Shown here: one piece after another, positions 37,148-49,500 of the stretch | How positions within the stretch are numbered: the stretch's first letter is position 1 | Layout: each line of letters opens with the position of its first letter | Assembly (NCBI GenBank): GCA_021432655.1 | Contig: MU271522.1 | Span: 1 to 50,871 of the forward strand | DNA from: Atractiella rhizophila | Lineage: Eukaryota | Direction: 5' to 3' | Length of the DNA stretch: 50,871 nt | Position numbers and translations under genes: made by a program | The notes under the pieces: generated by a model | What the model saw: only the letters and a program-made list of their open reading frames with translations | What the model was told of the DNA's origin: nothing | Databases searched by the model: none

Positions 37148-37958
37148 GCTTCTGCTGAGCATTCAATGATGTTTCTTTTGTTCCCTCTCATTATTTCATG
37201 AGCACGTCTTTGCTTCTTCCTTGCAATAATTTTGGCAAGAATAAAGGGGCTGGAAAGAGAATTCTGTACAATTCATGTCTGAATCGTGAGACACAAACTT
37301 ATCAGTTTTGAAGATTTGAATGAACAAGACACTTGGTCAGGAAGTTATCTTTTCATTTCTCAGATGTCACCTTTGTGTTTATGCTTAGAGGCAGGTGCAG
37401 GTTGTAATGTTAGATTTGGGCGGGCAGAAAAAAGGTGGGACCAGGTTTGTAAAGTTAGTAGCCCCTCGAGGGGCTCGGATGCAAGTCGGTAAGTGCTGCG
37501 TGCAGCAGGAACGTTACCGGATGATCGTGTTTGATGCTCAACAAAGACCCTCCTAAACTTCGTTCAGGTAGGGGATGAAAGCCTGAATGAAAGTCTCTTT
37601 CTGCTGATCAGCGAAGATCAGCTGCTAATCTGATGTCTCCAACCATCACATTCCAACGATCCCAGCTTTGCCTCCTTAGGGATAATCCCTACATGGGATT
37701 CCGCATTTGATGCAGGGGTTTCCAATATAGATCCGAATTTTGGCAATTGATTCTAACCTATATGATATTATATACTTTTTGGAATAGCAAGCTGCCGATT
37801 GTAAGATGGCGTGAGAATTGGCACAAAAACAGGGATGACCCAGCACAATACGCAACACTCACAATCTGCGGTGAGAGGCGCTTTATTGACTGTTCCTTCC
37901 TTCAGCACTGTGACATTGGCCGCAAATGTTAGCATCACCCGCCCCTTTCTCCAGATTC

Positions 37959-39924
37959 TTAGTAGTATATATCGTCCTCGCTCTCGCCCAACATCTCCTC
38001 CAAGTCCAACGCAGTCATCTCTCCAAACACCCGGGCTGGGATCTGGCTGTTAAGAATAACTGCACTTTTCAGAGGAAGCACTCTGCTGCCGCTCCTCTCC
38101 CTCTCAGACGAACTTTTGGTGCTCATAAGCTCCTTGACAAGAGAATACGAGAGTGATCCATGTTCCTCCATGATATGAGAGGCGACAGGACTTCTACTAA
38201 CGTCTCCCTAAATATCAGAATTAACTTCCAGATCCAAGGTAGTATAGAGAAGGTTGTCTAGATGGAAGAGACTTACCCAGTTTTTAGCTAGGTACTTCAT
38301 GTAAACCTGTCGAACCTCATCGTACGTGTCTGAAAATCGAGAGTGAAGTTCGAGCAATGCGTTGTGTGGAGTTAGTTGGGATAGTATATTCTCCATGGCT
38401 AGGTGTTTGAGACCGTCAATCCCGTAAACTTTGCAATATTTGAGCAGCATCGCGAAAACAATGCATGAGAATCCTACCATGGGCGAGCTTAAAGAGCGAT
38501 TTCGGCGAGACCATCAACGGATTGGTGTTTAAATGCTCGGGCTCTGTTCCTGCCATTGTCAGAATTTCAGATTCGCAAGCCAAGCTGAACACACCTTTTG
38601 GTGGCAGCGGTTGGGCTTCCCCTGAGACAGAAACCGCTTCTTGAATCTTTCGAGCAGTTTCATGGGATTTCAGGGGAGCAAAACGAATTTCATTGGAGAA
38701 CAGGTAATAGAGGGCAGCTCGATAGGTCGAATAGCATGTATGCTCGATGGTAATGAACTTGAACGTTGACGCCTCTCGCACGAGAGGCTTAGGTACCTGA
38801 ATCCCATCACAGTTAGTCCAAAGAACGGGAGCATTTGGGATAGAGCGCAAACGTAGTGAGAACGTAGCGCCTCATCTCTCTCGATGTCGGAGTCGTCCGA
38901 ATCCACCTTTGGGGTCGCAGATTGTTCCGCAGAACTGTTGGCATTAGTGTTGGTGCTCAAGGATTCTGCAAATCCACTAGACATAAACACTGGGAAAACT
39001 TGTAAGTTTGAGGCAACTAGACAACAATGGAATCCTACTGTCTCGAAAATAGTCCGAGGTGCCAGTCAAGAGTGCTACTGAAGAGAAAAGCTGCATCGAC
39101 TCTTCACCCGCGTAGGGAAAGATGAAGACGACGTCCGAGTAGAGTGGTTCGTTGAAAATGTTGAGGTAATTTTTTAGTTTGTTGTTGACACCTTCTAAGC
39201 GACGTTCGTCTGACTTTTGGAAGTCGTGCAAATTGTAAACGAAAAGTGTCATAGTTAATTTTTCCTTGAAATGAAATGAACAAGCGTCTATCCCTCCTAA
39301 AGAAGGTACCCTTACGGGAAACGAGCGGGTGCTTTGGATCACCTCCCATTGATCTCCAACAAGGCTGCGTGGAAAACTTCTGTGCGCAATATCGCTTGAA
39401 CTCTGGCTGTCCACCTTTCGAGCTATCAGGTTTCGAGTGTTAAATGGCTGTGAATCCCCACTGAGCAGCTTTCCAGAACCGTTAGTCGGACTGGTAAAAT
39501 AAAACATAGAAAACCTTTGACCTCCACAATGCACAAACGATCGGTAAACAGTGGAAACTTGGTAAGCAGCGTGAATGATAGTATCACTTCAGGTTCGAGG
39601 GACGGTGGGTGAGAATAAGCAGCTCGGTGTCGACAGAAAATTTCTATCTATTGGATATAGTTCGAAAACAAGACCTGAAAGGGTAGATGGTAGACGCACG
39701 TCCCAAGTTTTACAACCTTTTTTGATGGTCTGTTGGCGACTTTGGCTTTGAACTCTCGGAAAGGGGGGTGTGCCCCCACTGCCAGTATCTGGCGTTTGTC
39801 CTTCCTCTGATTCTATACCCAGGTCTTTGCGCATAATCTTCCATTGGTACCTCTCCTAAAAGTCAATCAGCTGGACATGATCTTCCCCTTGTTTTCAAAT
39901 CCTCACCCACCAAAGGGGCTCCAT
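37959..39924 (-). CDS. BTB/POZ-domain protein, copy 4
   Basis: First micro-exon MEPLWW|GTGAGG; FNEPLYSDVVFIF..FMSSGFAES..DSDIERDE..HTCYSTYRAALYYLFSNEIRFAPL..VSPKSLFKLAH..LTPHNALLELHSRFSDTYDEVRQ. Confidence 0.82.
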
Positions 39925-41053
39925 CCTAAGCTGATGTGACTTGATTTCGGAACTGTGTTGCAGAGTATCGAGCGCAGCTGGAGAAGTTTGAACCAACCGC
40001 ACATGGCTTATATGCAGATTCTAGGAAGCGACGTGAACGACCCAAATTTTGATGACGGATGACTTTGACAGTTGGCGCACGTGAGAAACTGGCCAACATT
40101 CCTTCCTTGATAGGTAATAGTAGCCATTAATTTCAAAGATGGAAGACCGTGGGACACTTCAAATTCATCCCAAGGGCACTCCTCTCACTCATAGCAGAGT
40201 AGATGAAAGTGGAGAATCCGTCAGAGATCGGATGCGTCATCAATGCCTTGAGAAACATTCCTCAGAAGGGTGGAAGGGATTCAAGTGGGAGAAAGTCTAC
40301 AGGCCGAGCATCTGGCTCGTCCTTCACTTGACACACCGAACAAGGAAGTCAGAACTAGCCCGAGCGATGAGGCGGTGATGGCGCTCGTGGGCATGGAGAG
40401 AGAACGAGAGGGACAGCGGCGTGAGCAGTTCATGGAAAATACTTCAACTTTTAAATTAGGATTAAAATGCATCGCTGTTGTATTTCGAAGTCAGCCTCGC
40501 CGCTATTTGTTTGTGGACAGGCTTGGCCGCAATTCGGAGTAGAGTAGGGACTGGACTGCCACGGAAACGTCGACCAGTTGATGGCAACCTATCATATAGA
40601 CGGCCACGCATTTTGAGTGACAGGTGTAGAGCAGAACTTTCGACCACCATAAAGATCCATGTAACGCTGACGAAGTAGGTACTCCACCGGCTCTCACGAG
40701 GGCTTTACACTCAGTCTTTCGAGTGCACAACCTCAAAAGTTAGTGACACTCAGTTGAGTATTTGTCTACAACGAGTTTGCATGAAAATGGGAAACAACAT
40801 AAGCGCCCCAGTGCTCAACTTGGAGGAATAGAGTATAGCGTAACGCTCATTAGCAAGTTCAGTCTCGTCATCTTTTCTCATGCGGTCCCCCGTCCCATAT
40901 CCAAGAAATTATAGCAACATCGTGAGTCTGATTTTGAAATTGGTGTTTCAAATGTGTCGGCCCGCTCCGATTCCCGCTCTTGCACCTGAAATCGTTCTCC
41001 AATCCCATATCCTGCATCCATCCCAGCTCATCCTGGGCACTCGCACTGTCACC

Positions 41054-44047
41054 ATGTCCGCCAGCACTTCTCCAGCCATGGCCGCCGCCCAACTCAACGC
41101 CCTCTTCGCCCGCCTCTCAGCGCACTACTTCCGCCATCGACCCGCCTACCAGAAAGCGCTCATGGCTACTTGGTCCGCTTACATTCTCCTCAGCACCGCT
41201 AAGGGACTGGGGTTGTTCGGCACTCCGCCTGCTGCGAAGAAGAAGAAGGGAAAGGATGGGGAGAGTGTTGGTTCTGCTGCTGTGTCGGTGGAGGACGATG
41301 GAGCCGGAGGAGGGAGGAGAGGAAAACGGAAGGCGAAGGGTAGAGGAGAGGTATGTCTTTCTTCCATCTACTCCATCTCATGGATATGGATATGAAAATT
41401 AAATGGTTCATGTTTCTATGAAAGGTGGACGCCATCTTCTTTGCCCGAATCAAGAAGCTCCTCAAGCTCCTCTACCCCTCCCCGACCTCCTTGACGTCCA
41501 TCCTCCTCTTCTTCCACACCACCTTCCTCCTCCTCCGCTCCCTCCTCTCCGTCCTCGTCGCGCACCTCGACGGCCGCATCGTCTCCGCCCTCGTCCGTCG
41601 TCAGCCCGCCATCTTCGCTCGCAGGATCGCGACCTGGATGGCCGTCGCCGTCCCCGCCGTGTTTTGTAATTCGATGATTGAATACTTGCAGAGCAGGCTG
41701 GCGACGGAGTATAGGAGGACGTTGACGAGGGAGGTGGGGGAGACTTATTTGAGGGGAATGACGTTTTATGCGTTGGGGAATTTGGATGATAGGATCAAGA
41801 ATGCCGATCAACTCGTAACCGCTGATGTAGCTTTGTTCTCCAACTCTCTCGCTCTGATTTAGTATGTCTCTCTCTTCCTTTCCTTATCGTTCATCTTCAT
41901 TGACAATGTGTGAAGTGGAAACATTGCAAAACCAATCTTGGATGTCATACTCTACAATTACCAACTCTCCCGCTCCGTCGGCGCAGAAGCACTCATAGGC
42001 CTATCCTCCATCATCCAACTCTCCGCCATCCTCTTGCGCCTCCTAACACCCGCATTCGGGCGCTACGCAGCCGAAGAACAAGCATTAGAAGGCGAGTTCA
42101 GGTTCACGCATACGCGGTTGATTGAGAACGCGGAGGAGGTGAGCTCTCTTCCTCTTTTTGTGTAGATGTACATATTAGCAGGAGGAATGGCTGATTGATT
42201 GATGATTGGATGGATAGGTCGCGTTGTATAGGGGACACGAGGTTGAGAAAAATATCGTCGAAAGAGCTTACTACAGTTTAGTCAAGCACGTCAACCGGAT
42301 CTATCGCATGAGATTGCTTCATGGCATGGTGCGTCCCTTCCCATCATTGCATCCCATCGCGAGAATTCTGAACGGAGAATTGTGGACAAAGGTCGAAGAC
42401 GGAATCATAAAGTGGTTCTGGGGATCGCTTGGACTTTGTATCTGCGCCGTTCCCGTTTTCTTCAATTCTGGAGGTGGAGGAGGAGCGATGGATTTCGGTG
42501 GGAGGACGGAGAGTGCGTCTTTTTTCTCAGCTTTCCGTTTCTGAGACAGGGTGGACGTTTGCATTTTGGATGAACAAAGGAGAGCTAACGAAAGATGGGA
42601 TGGTGTCTAGGCTTCGTGACGAATAGGAGACTGTTGTTGAGTGCCAGCGACGCGTTTGGGAGGGTCATGTATAGCTACAAAGAGGCGCGTACTTTCTTTC
42701 CACTTCACAGATCACTACGTTAACGAGAGCTTTGAATCTTGCTTGTTTGGTTCGTGGTTACAGTTGGCCGAACTCGCGGGATACACTCTGCGCGTGTCGA
42801 GCCTGTTGGAGACCATGGAGGACATTTCGAAGGGCAAATTCGAGAAGAAACTGGTGTCTGGAGCCGAAGTCGGCGTCGAAGGACACCAAAAAGGTGCGTA
42901 GCATTGCCTTCCCTCTACCGTCTGCCTGTGCGCTAATGCGCTTTGGTATCGGATGGACCAGTGTTGAGCGGACGAGGAGAGATCGTGGAGTCGGAAGAAG
43001 ACATCATCTTCGACCAAGTCCCCATCGTCTCTCCAAACGGGGACGTCCTCATACCCAAACTCTCGTTCCACGTCAAACCAGGAAACCACCTGCTCGTCGT
43101 CGGGTGCGTTCCCCTCCCTCCCTTCCTTTGGCTCTGCCGTTTCTGACTGCTTGACTCGCTTTGTTTTGTTGGTGGATGGATGGGATAGACCGAACGGATC
43201 CGGGAAATCATCCTTGTTTAGGATTTTGGGTGGGTTGTGGCCGGTGTATGGAGGGAAGGTCACGAAGCCCCCGGCGAGAGAGTTCACGTATATTCCTCAA
43301 CGTCCTTATCTCTGCGTTGGGACATTGAGGGACCAGTTAATCTACCCCGATACGAAGGAGGAGATGATTGCTCGTGCGTATCCTCCCTTGTATTCGTCAC
43401 GCGTTTGGGGCTGCTGCTGATTCTGATATTTTATTCTGCGCGTCTTTGCGGCGCATGGATAGGAGGAGTAAAGGATTCGGATCTGGAGGAACTGTTGAAG
43501 AAGTTGGAGGTCCACCATATCCTGACTCAGGAAGGAGGCTGGGACGCGAAGAAGGAATGGAGGGATGCCCTTTCCGGAGGAGACAAGCAGCGTCTGGCCG
43601 TCGGGAGGCTGTTCTACCATCGTCCCAAGTATGCCATCTTGGATGAGAGCACCAGTGCGGTCACTCTGGAGATCGAGAGGGTCATGTATGAACATGCAAC
43701 CGGTGCGCTCTCATTCATTCACAGAGCTCTCGCTCCAATGGTACTAATCGTCGAATATGGTGCAGAACTTGGAATCACACTTTTGACCGTGTCACATCGT
43801 CCTAGTTTGTGGAAGTATCACAAATATATCCTTCAGGTGCGCCGCTTTCATGCTGTTTCTCATACAGTCCAGTTAAATGTGTGCGGTATGGGAACAGTTC
43901 GACGGACAAGGCGGGTACTCATTTGGAGAGCTTGAAGACCCTGAGAGGAGATTGGCTTTGGAAGAGGAGAAGAGGGATTTGGAGAGGAAGCTTGTGGATG
44001 TTGAAAAATGGAGGGAGAGGCTGAAGGAAATGAAGGAGAGAGCATGA
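41054..44047 (+). CDS. PXA2: Peroxisomal ABCD-family half transporter (long-chain acyl-CoA import), Pxa2-like
   Basis: [15 protein letters not shown]-like [23 protein letters not shown], Walker [25 protein letters not shown] signature, [29 protein letters not shown]. The C-terminal motif is more like Pxa2 than Pxa1. Confidence 0.9.
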
Positions 44048-44279
44048 TCGATAGATCTTACAATCAATATACCATAGAGGTGATTATCTCATTGAGACAA
44101 CGTAATGCCGATACCTTGCTTCTTGATTCTGTATCTGCTCTCTGTGCAAAACAAAGACGGGTTCAATCGCTCAAACAAAAGTATGGACAACAAAAGACTA
44201 AGATGGGGGGAATCCTGTAAAGGCACGACACATAAGAGCGGGCTTAAATTATTCAAGGGAAGGTGCACCTCGTCAAAAG

Positions 44280-45044
44280 CTACCACGAACGCTGAGCACC
44301 CATCCACTCGCTATTTCCTTTGTGGTCGTGCTGATCCACTCCATCTCCGGAAAGACCATCCTCCACCTCTTTGTCCTCAGCCAAAGACTCGTCGTCTTCT
44401 CCCGTGGAGTGAGCGCCACAGTTATCGCAAACTGCCCTTTTAGGCTGATAGTGTGGAGATAAGGAGGAAGCCTTTGCATGAACGATTTTCAGGATGGCCG
44501 TTGCGCGCTTCTGGAGACGAGAGACCACGGTCGATGAGGCGTCTCGGAGTTGGACGGTAGGGGTATCGTGGTGAGACTCAGCAGAGGTAGCCTGTCCACC
44601 AGAAAGGCGGTCGACGAAATCGTTTAGAAGGGCTGTGTAGGAGTGACCTGGTGGGATAGGAGCTTGAGAATGGACTATGGAGGAACGGGAAGGGAACGCA
44701 CCATATATCTTCGTCCCGACAGAGTCCAAGACACCGACTGCATCTCCATTGAGACCATTTCCTAAGTCAACGCCAGCAGGCTCGGGAATGGAACGCCGCT
44801 CGATGCTAGTTCCCTCTTCATGGACCTGACGACGTCCAGTAGGAGATGGACGGCCAGCTGTTGAGCTCGTATGCGGGTGAACAGGCGGTTGACGCGTCGG
44901 TTTGTCATAATGAGTTCCGCGAACGATCCCCCTACCATGCCAGACGCCCTCATTTCTGGCCACTAGAAAGCTGGTTTCATCGCTGGTGGGAAGAGCAGAC
45001 GCCACAGCGATGATGGCAATGAATAAGTGGAGGAGAAGCATCAT
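44280..45044 (-). CDS. Intronless secreted protein, ~254 aa, unknown function
   Basis: MMLLLHLFIAIIAVASALP signal peptide, a long uninterrupted ORF, several RR/KR dibasic sites, and one CxxC. Confidence 0.7.
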   Translation of the reverse strand: MMLLLHLFIAIIAVASALPTSDETSFLVARNEGVWHGRGIVRGTHYDKPTRQPPVHPHTSSTAGRPSPTGRRQVHEEGTSIERRSIPEPAGVDLGNGLNGDAVGVLDSVGTKIYGAFPSRSSIVHSQAPIPPGHSYTALLNDFVDRLSGGQATSAESHHDTPTVQLRDASSTVVSRLQKRATAILKIVHAKASSLSPHYQPKRAVCDNCGAHSTGEDDESLAEDKEVEDGLSGDGVDQHDHKGNSEWMGAQRSW

Positions 45045-46593
45045 GATGTTAATAGATCGAGAAAGAAGAGGAATGTTGATTACTGAACGATGTCCCTCTT
45101 GTCGAAAGTTGAATATCGATTGAATATTCAAGTTGTTTGGAAAGTTAAAGGAAGGAAAAAAGGAATGTGGGGGTTTGATAAGCTCTAAAAAGGGAAGTTG
45201 AAGTGCTTGAACGTCACGTCGGCAGATTCTGGCACATCGTCCCACCATCACTGTTTCATCGTGGGAACCTGACTGAGACAGGAGAGGTCCGGAAACAACC
45301 AAGTTCCCAAACCCCCCGCAGTCTGGTTGTTGGTCCCCTTGCAGTTGCAGCTCTCTCACCTCTAGATGCTATAGTGGAATCGCAAAAGCCCATGAGATCA
45401 TAAAATTCGCAAAAGCTAATGAGTTCATAAAATTCGATAATGTAGGAAGGAGGAATACAGAAACCTTGATCTTGAAAGTCATGAAGCATAAGCATTGGCT
45501 TCAGACTAGAACATATGCAGCAGACAATCGCTGTAGGACTGTTCTCAAAGTTCCAAGATGAACTGTGATCTTTGCTATGACATTATAGAACGCCATGATT
45601 AGAACCTTCAAAATGGAAATTGGAGAGGAAGGCAGAGAACCGTGCATCAGTGCAATAAACAAACCTGGATCCTGCTTGAATTGTAGATTTAATGTCCTCA
45701 GGGTCGGGACAAGCTACAGAAAAGAAGACTCTTCATTTCGGCCACAGTGATGGCAAAAGCGCGGCTGCTCGTTTATGGACGGCCTCAGAAGAGACAAGGT
45801 ACTGTAAATCCGAATCAATCTCGTCTCTTTATGAGCAGAACGTTCCCAATGTATTCATGATTGGGGAAGTCTGGGACTCTGAGTGAGTTTCCGCTGGGAT
45901 CTCACGTGCTGGTGCTAGGTACCGTTCCGTTCGTTGATTCAGCAACCTGTCTGCGGAGGAGACAACCGGTAGGACCTTACGAGAAGAGAGCCAGGCCTCT
46001 GGTGCAAGGAGAAATGAAGCTGCGAATTGCGAGAGGGTCAGAACGTTTGTTTGCCAGCTGCTGAGCCTGCTGAGCCACAATGCCTCGCTTTTCCTCTGGG
46101 AACTTGAATGAAGGACTTTGAAGGGAGAATAGAGTCACGGAGTCGGCGTCATCCTCACTTCGTGATTGTATCACCTGATAACAGCGAGGAGCCTTAGTCG
46201 GATGTGATGCCTAAGTCCTTTTGGCAAGGGGCGAACAGAAGCGTCTAACCCTGGTGCATTCTTCTGTAGCAAATGAGATGTTGAAGTTATCCCTCACTGT
46301 CATCCTAGATAGAAATGAGATGACATTGTTGTGCCTTTCTCACTTATCAGACTGTCACATCATTGTGCCTTTCCTTCAATCTTTGGTTACATTTGTCCAT
46401 TAAACACCTCATTTTGCTTTGGACCAGTGGAGTGTGGGTCTCAGTGCGGGGGTGGGTCGCAAGAACGTGTTGAACGACAATAACCTTTCTAAAGTCGAGG
46501 GAGAAGCAATATAAGTCTATCACCAACAGTGACCCAGACTTGTCAACAATCTGGGATCGCCACTTCCTGTTATAGTTGTTGTGTTCATCTAAC

Positions 46594-49500
46594 ATGATAT
46601 GTTTTCACCTCAAGTCATTCTCTCTTCTTCTCTGCCTCTGTCTACCGTATTTCGCGTTCGCACAAGATGCCAAAGAAGAGGAACCAACAAAGAGAGAATT
46701 TGACACCGGTGGAATTATTGGGTTATCTTTCTTTGTCTTATTCTGCGTCGTGTTCATCGTCAGCGTCTCAACTGTTATGTGTGTCATTGCCTTTATGTTT
46801 CTAATATTGCTGAAGGATGTCTGAAGACCAGGACTAGCCCGCTTAGTCTTCTGGTTCGCATGCATACCCTTCGTCATTGTAGAATGGACGATCCTGATTC
46901 CACAGGTCGTCCTCTGCATTCCAGAACATCGCCGCTTTTGGCTTGGGGACTGGATCAACCCGCACCGTCCAAGCATAAACAAAAGAAGACTCTCTCACAT
47001 AAAACATGTCATGAAGAAGCTAGTTTGCGATCCATTGTACAGCTTGAATTCAGCTGAAAGGCTTCGTTTTAGAAAGTGAGCCATTGCTCTTTCCAGGTTA
47101 TGCCTCCACTGACTCACACGGAATTGGTGTAAGGACAGTCGAACGGTATCTCGACACTTCGTACCAGTGCCGTTTTGCTCTCTTTCGTATTGTCTTCCCA
47201 ATTTTCGATAGCCGATTGAAGGAACTTTCTACTGAATTCTTGGGTTTGCCCCTTGAAGTGTTTCTTCCACTATGGGAGCAGAGGACTCGCGAAGTCCTTT
47301 CTGGCCTTCAGATGGCTGTTGGACTCCTTGATTATTCGGTGGCTGACACCGCATATCGATATCCCAATTCCCATCCCACGTTCGAGGAGTGGCTCAGGTC
47401 CGATCCTACGAGGCGGGGGATGGTCGAAGTTTACCACAACAATGCAAGGCTAAGTGAGCCTGACAAAGAGCAGGTGAAGCATATCGTCAAAGTCGCTCTT
47501 TTCTCCGATGCGCTTCAGCAAAATACTGGAAACGGGATCAGGAGCTCCATTCTGAGATGCTATCGGAAGGAGGTGGGAGATGATCCGGAGGAGCGTGAGA
47601 AGAGCCACTTGCATGATCTTCCATACCTTCCGCCCAGTTGGAAGAGAAAGAAGAGAACGGATCAAAACGGTACCCTTCTCACGCGCTGTGCAACTCTATG
47701 CCGTCTGTTTTATTTTCCTCCGCCGAAATTGTGTTGACAGTCAAATAGTTGACGTGGACGCTCCCACAAGCACTAATTTTTACGACGCACTCCTAGCCTC
47801 TCCCATCCTCGAGTATGAACGATCCATTCCACCAGAAGCAGCAGAATCACGTCTCAAGAGAATCGATACCTTGTTTACGGATGAGGATGCAATGGGAGAA
47901 TGGAAGGAGAGAATAATGAGCCTGAAAAATGAGGTTATCACTTCCATTCGTACCCGAGGGATCCCCGCTCACAGGCAGCACAGTTGGTTATGTTGTGTGC
48001 CATAAAAATCTTGCGATTAAGCGCCATAGACAGGCTGCCGCAGTCACTTAAGGCTGGAAAGGAAGGTGAAGAAGGTCTGCATATCATGTGAAAGCTTGCA
48101 TGGTACTAGAAGTGCTGATGACCGATGATTAGACGTCAAACACATCCTATATCTCGCCAAGCTCGCACCGGAATCTCAAGAATGTGAAGCAGTTCTGAAC
48201 TTAGTCGCACAATGGATCGTCATGGAGATGGCTGGGAAACTCCTAAGGCAGAACGTTGAAAACATCGGTGGGACGGATCAGGAGGCAGATACCGAAGAGG
48301 CTCTCACCCCAGCCGCATTTGTCGACCACACGATTGCCGCCCTAAATTTCATTGTCTTGCAGGTGAAAGCGCTAGGCGAAGGACCTTTCTTTGACCAAGT
48401 TACAGATAAGGTGTCCATTCTCCTTTGAAGTAAGCCCCAGTTGACGCCACACAGGCCTCCACAGATCTCGTAAACACGAAGGAAAATGCGGCGAACTTGG
48501 TTTCGGCATACATTGACGAAGCTTTGAGGAAACCAGGGGACCCATTGCAGGGTTCTCTTAATGACAATATCAAGCATGCGGTTGGGTCTTTTAGATATCT
48601 CCGGCGTCACAGAGAGCTAAAGCACATCCAGCTGCGCATATACTCTTTCCTTCAACAGAAGGATGCCTTCCTCGAGCTACACGCTCGACGACTTGCTCGG
48701 CGAATAGCAAAATTTGAATCCATCGATGAGGACAAGGAAACAGAAATTGCTGGGCTCTTCTCGGGGGCAGAATCAAGTTATAAACAAAAGATCATCCGAA
48801 TGCTTGCAGGTTCGTACCTTCTCGCATGACAATCGATCGAAATTGATTCGTAGATAGATATTGGCTGTTCAAAAACCCTGCTGGACCAATTTAACCAAGA
48901 GAGACAGTCTAGCATCAGTTTGTCTCGTTCCTGTGCCGGAAGAAATCTACGGTTTAAGAATAATATCACAGATTTTAACGCCATAGTACTATCCTCTTCT
49001 GCGTCGACTTTCCCACGCTCCGAGTGTGACGGCATGATACTTCCAAAAGCTCTAGAACCATTACATGACGAGTTCAATCAGTTTTTCGCTCGGGAGCAGC
49101 GGTGCGTTTGTTCCCCCGCTTGGTATGAACCTCACTCTTGCGCAGAGGACTGAAGGTGACACACGTACTCCATCTCTCCACTGTAGAGCTGCAAACACGA
49201 TATACGGCCGTCAAATACACGATCCAAGCATCGATTCCCCAAGCTGCGATCCTCCTTCTCTTCGCTGAAGACAAATCAAGTGCGAATCTTGCTACAATAG
49301 CGGAAGAGGTTGGATTAACAGAGAAGGCTGTGAAGCGACTTCTTAATGGACTAGTTAAGCAACATCTCTTATTGTTCGAAAATGAGGAATATCACCTGAA
49401 CCTGCGTGAGACCTTTCACTTTGAACTTAACAACGGGGATTGATTAAAGCTTAGAATTTGCCAGTAAAAAGGTCCGAATACCACTTCACCGCCTTAATGT

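Noticed and set aside
36688..44047. Peroxisomal beta-oxidation gene cluster (FOX2 plus PXA2)
   Set aside because: FOX2 is only a broken fragment within TE-derived DNA; the proximity is probably coincidental.
46576..46824. Stand-alone 82-aa membrane protein as listed in the ORF track
   Set aside because: Its stop lies in a plausible in-frame 48-nt intron and the frame continues into the cullin; kept only as the alternative model.
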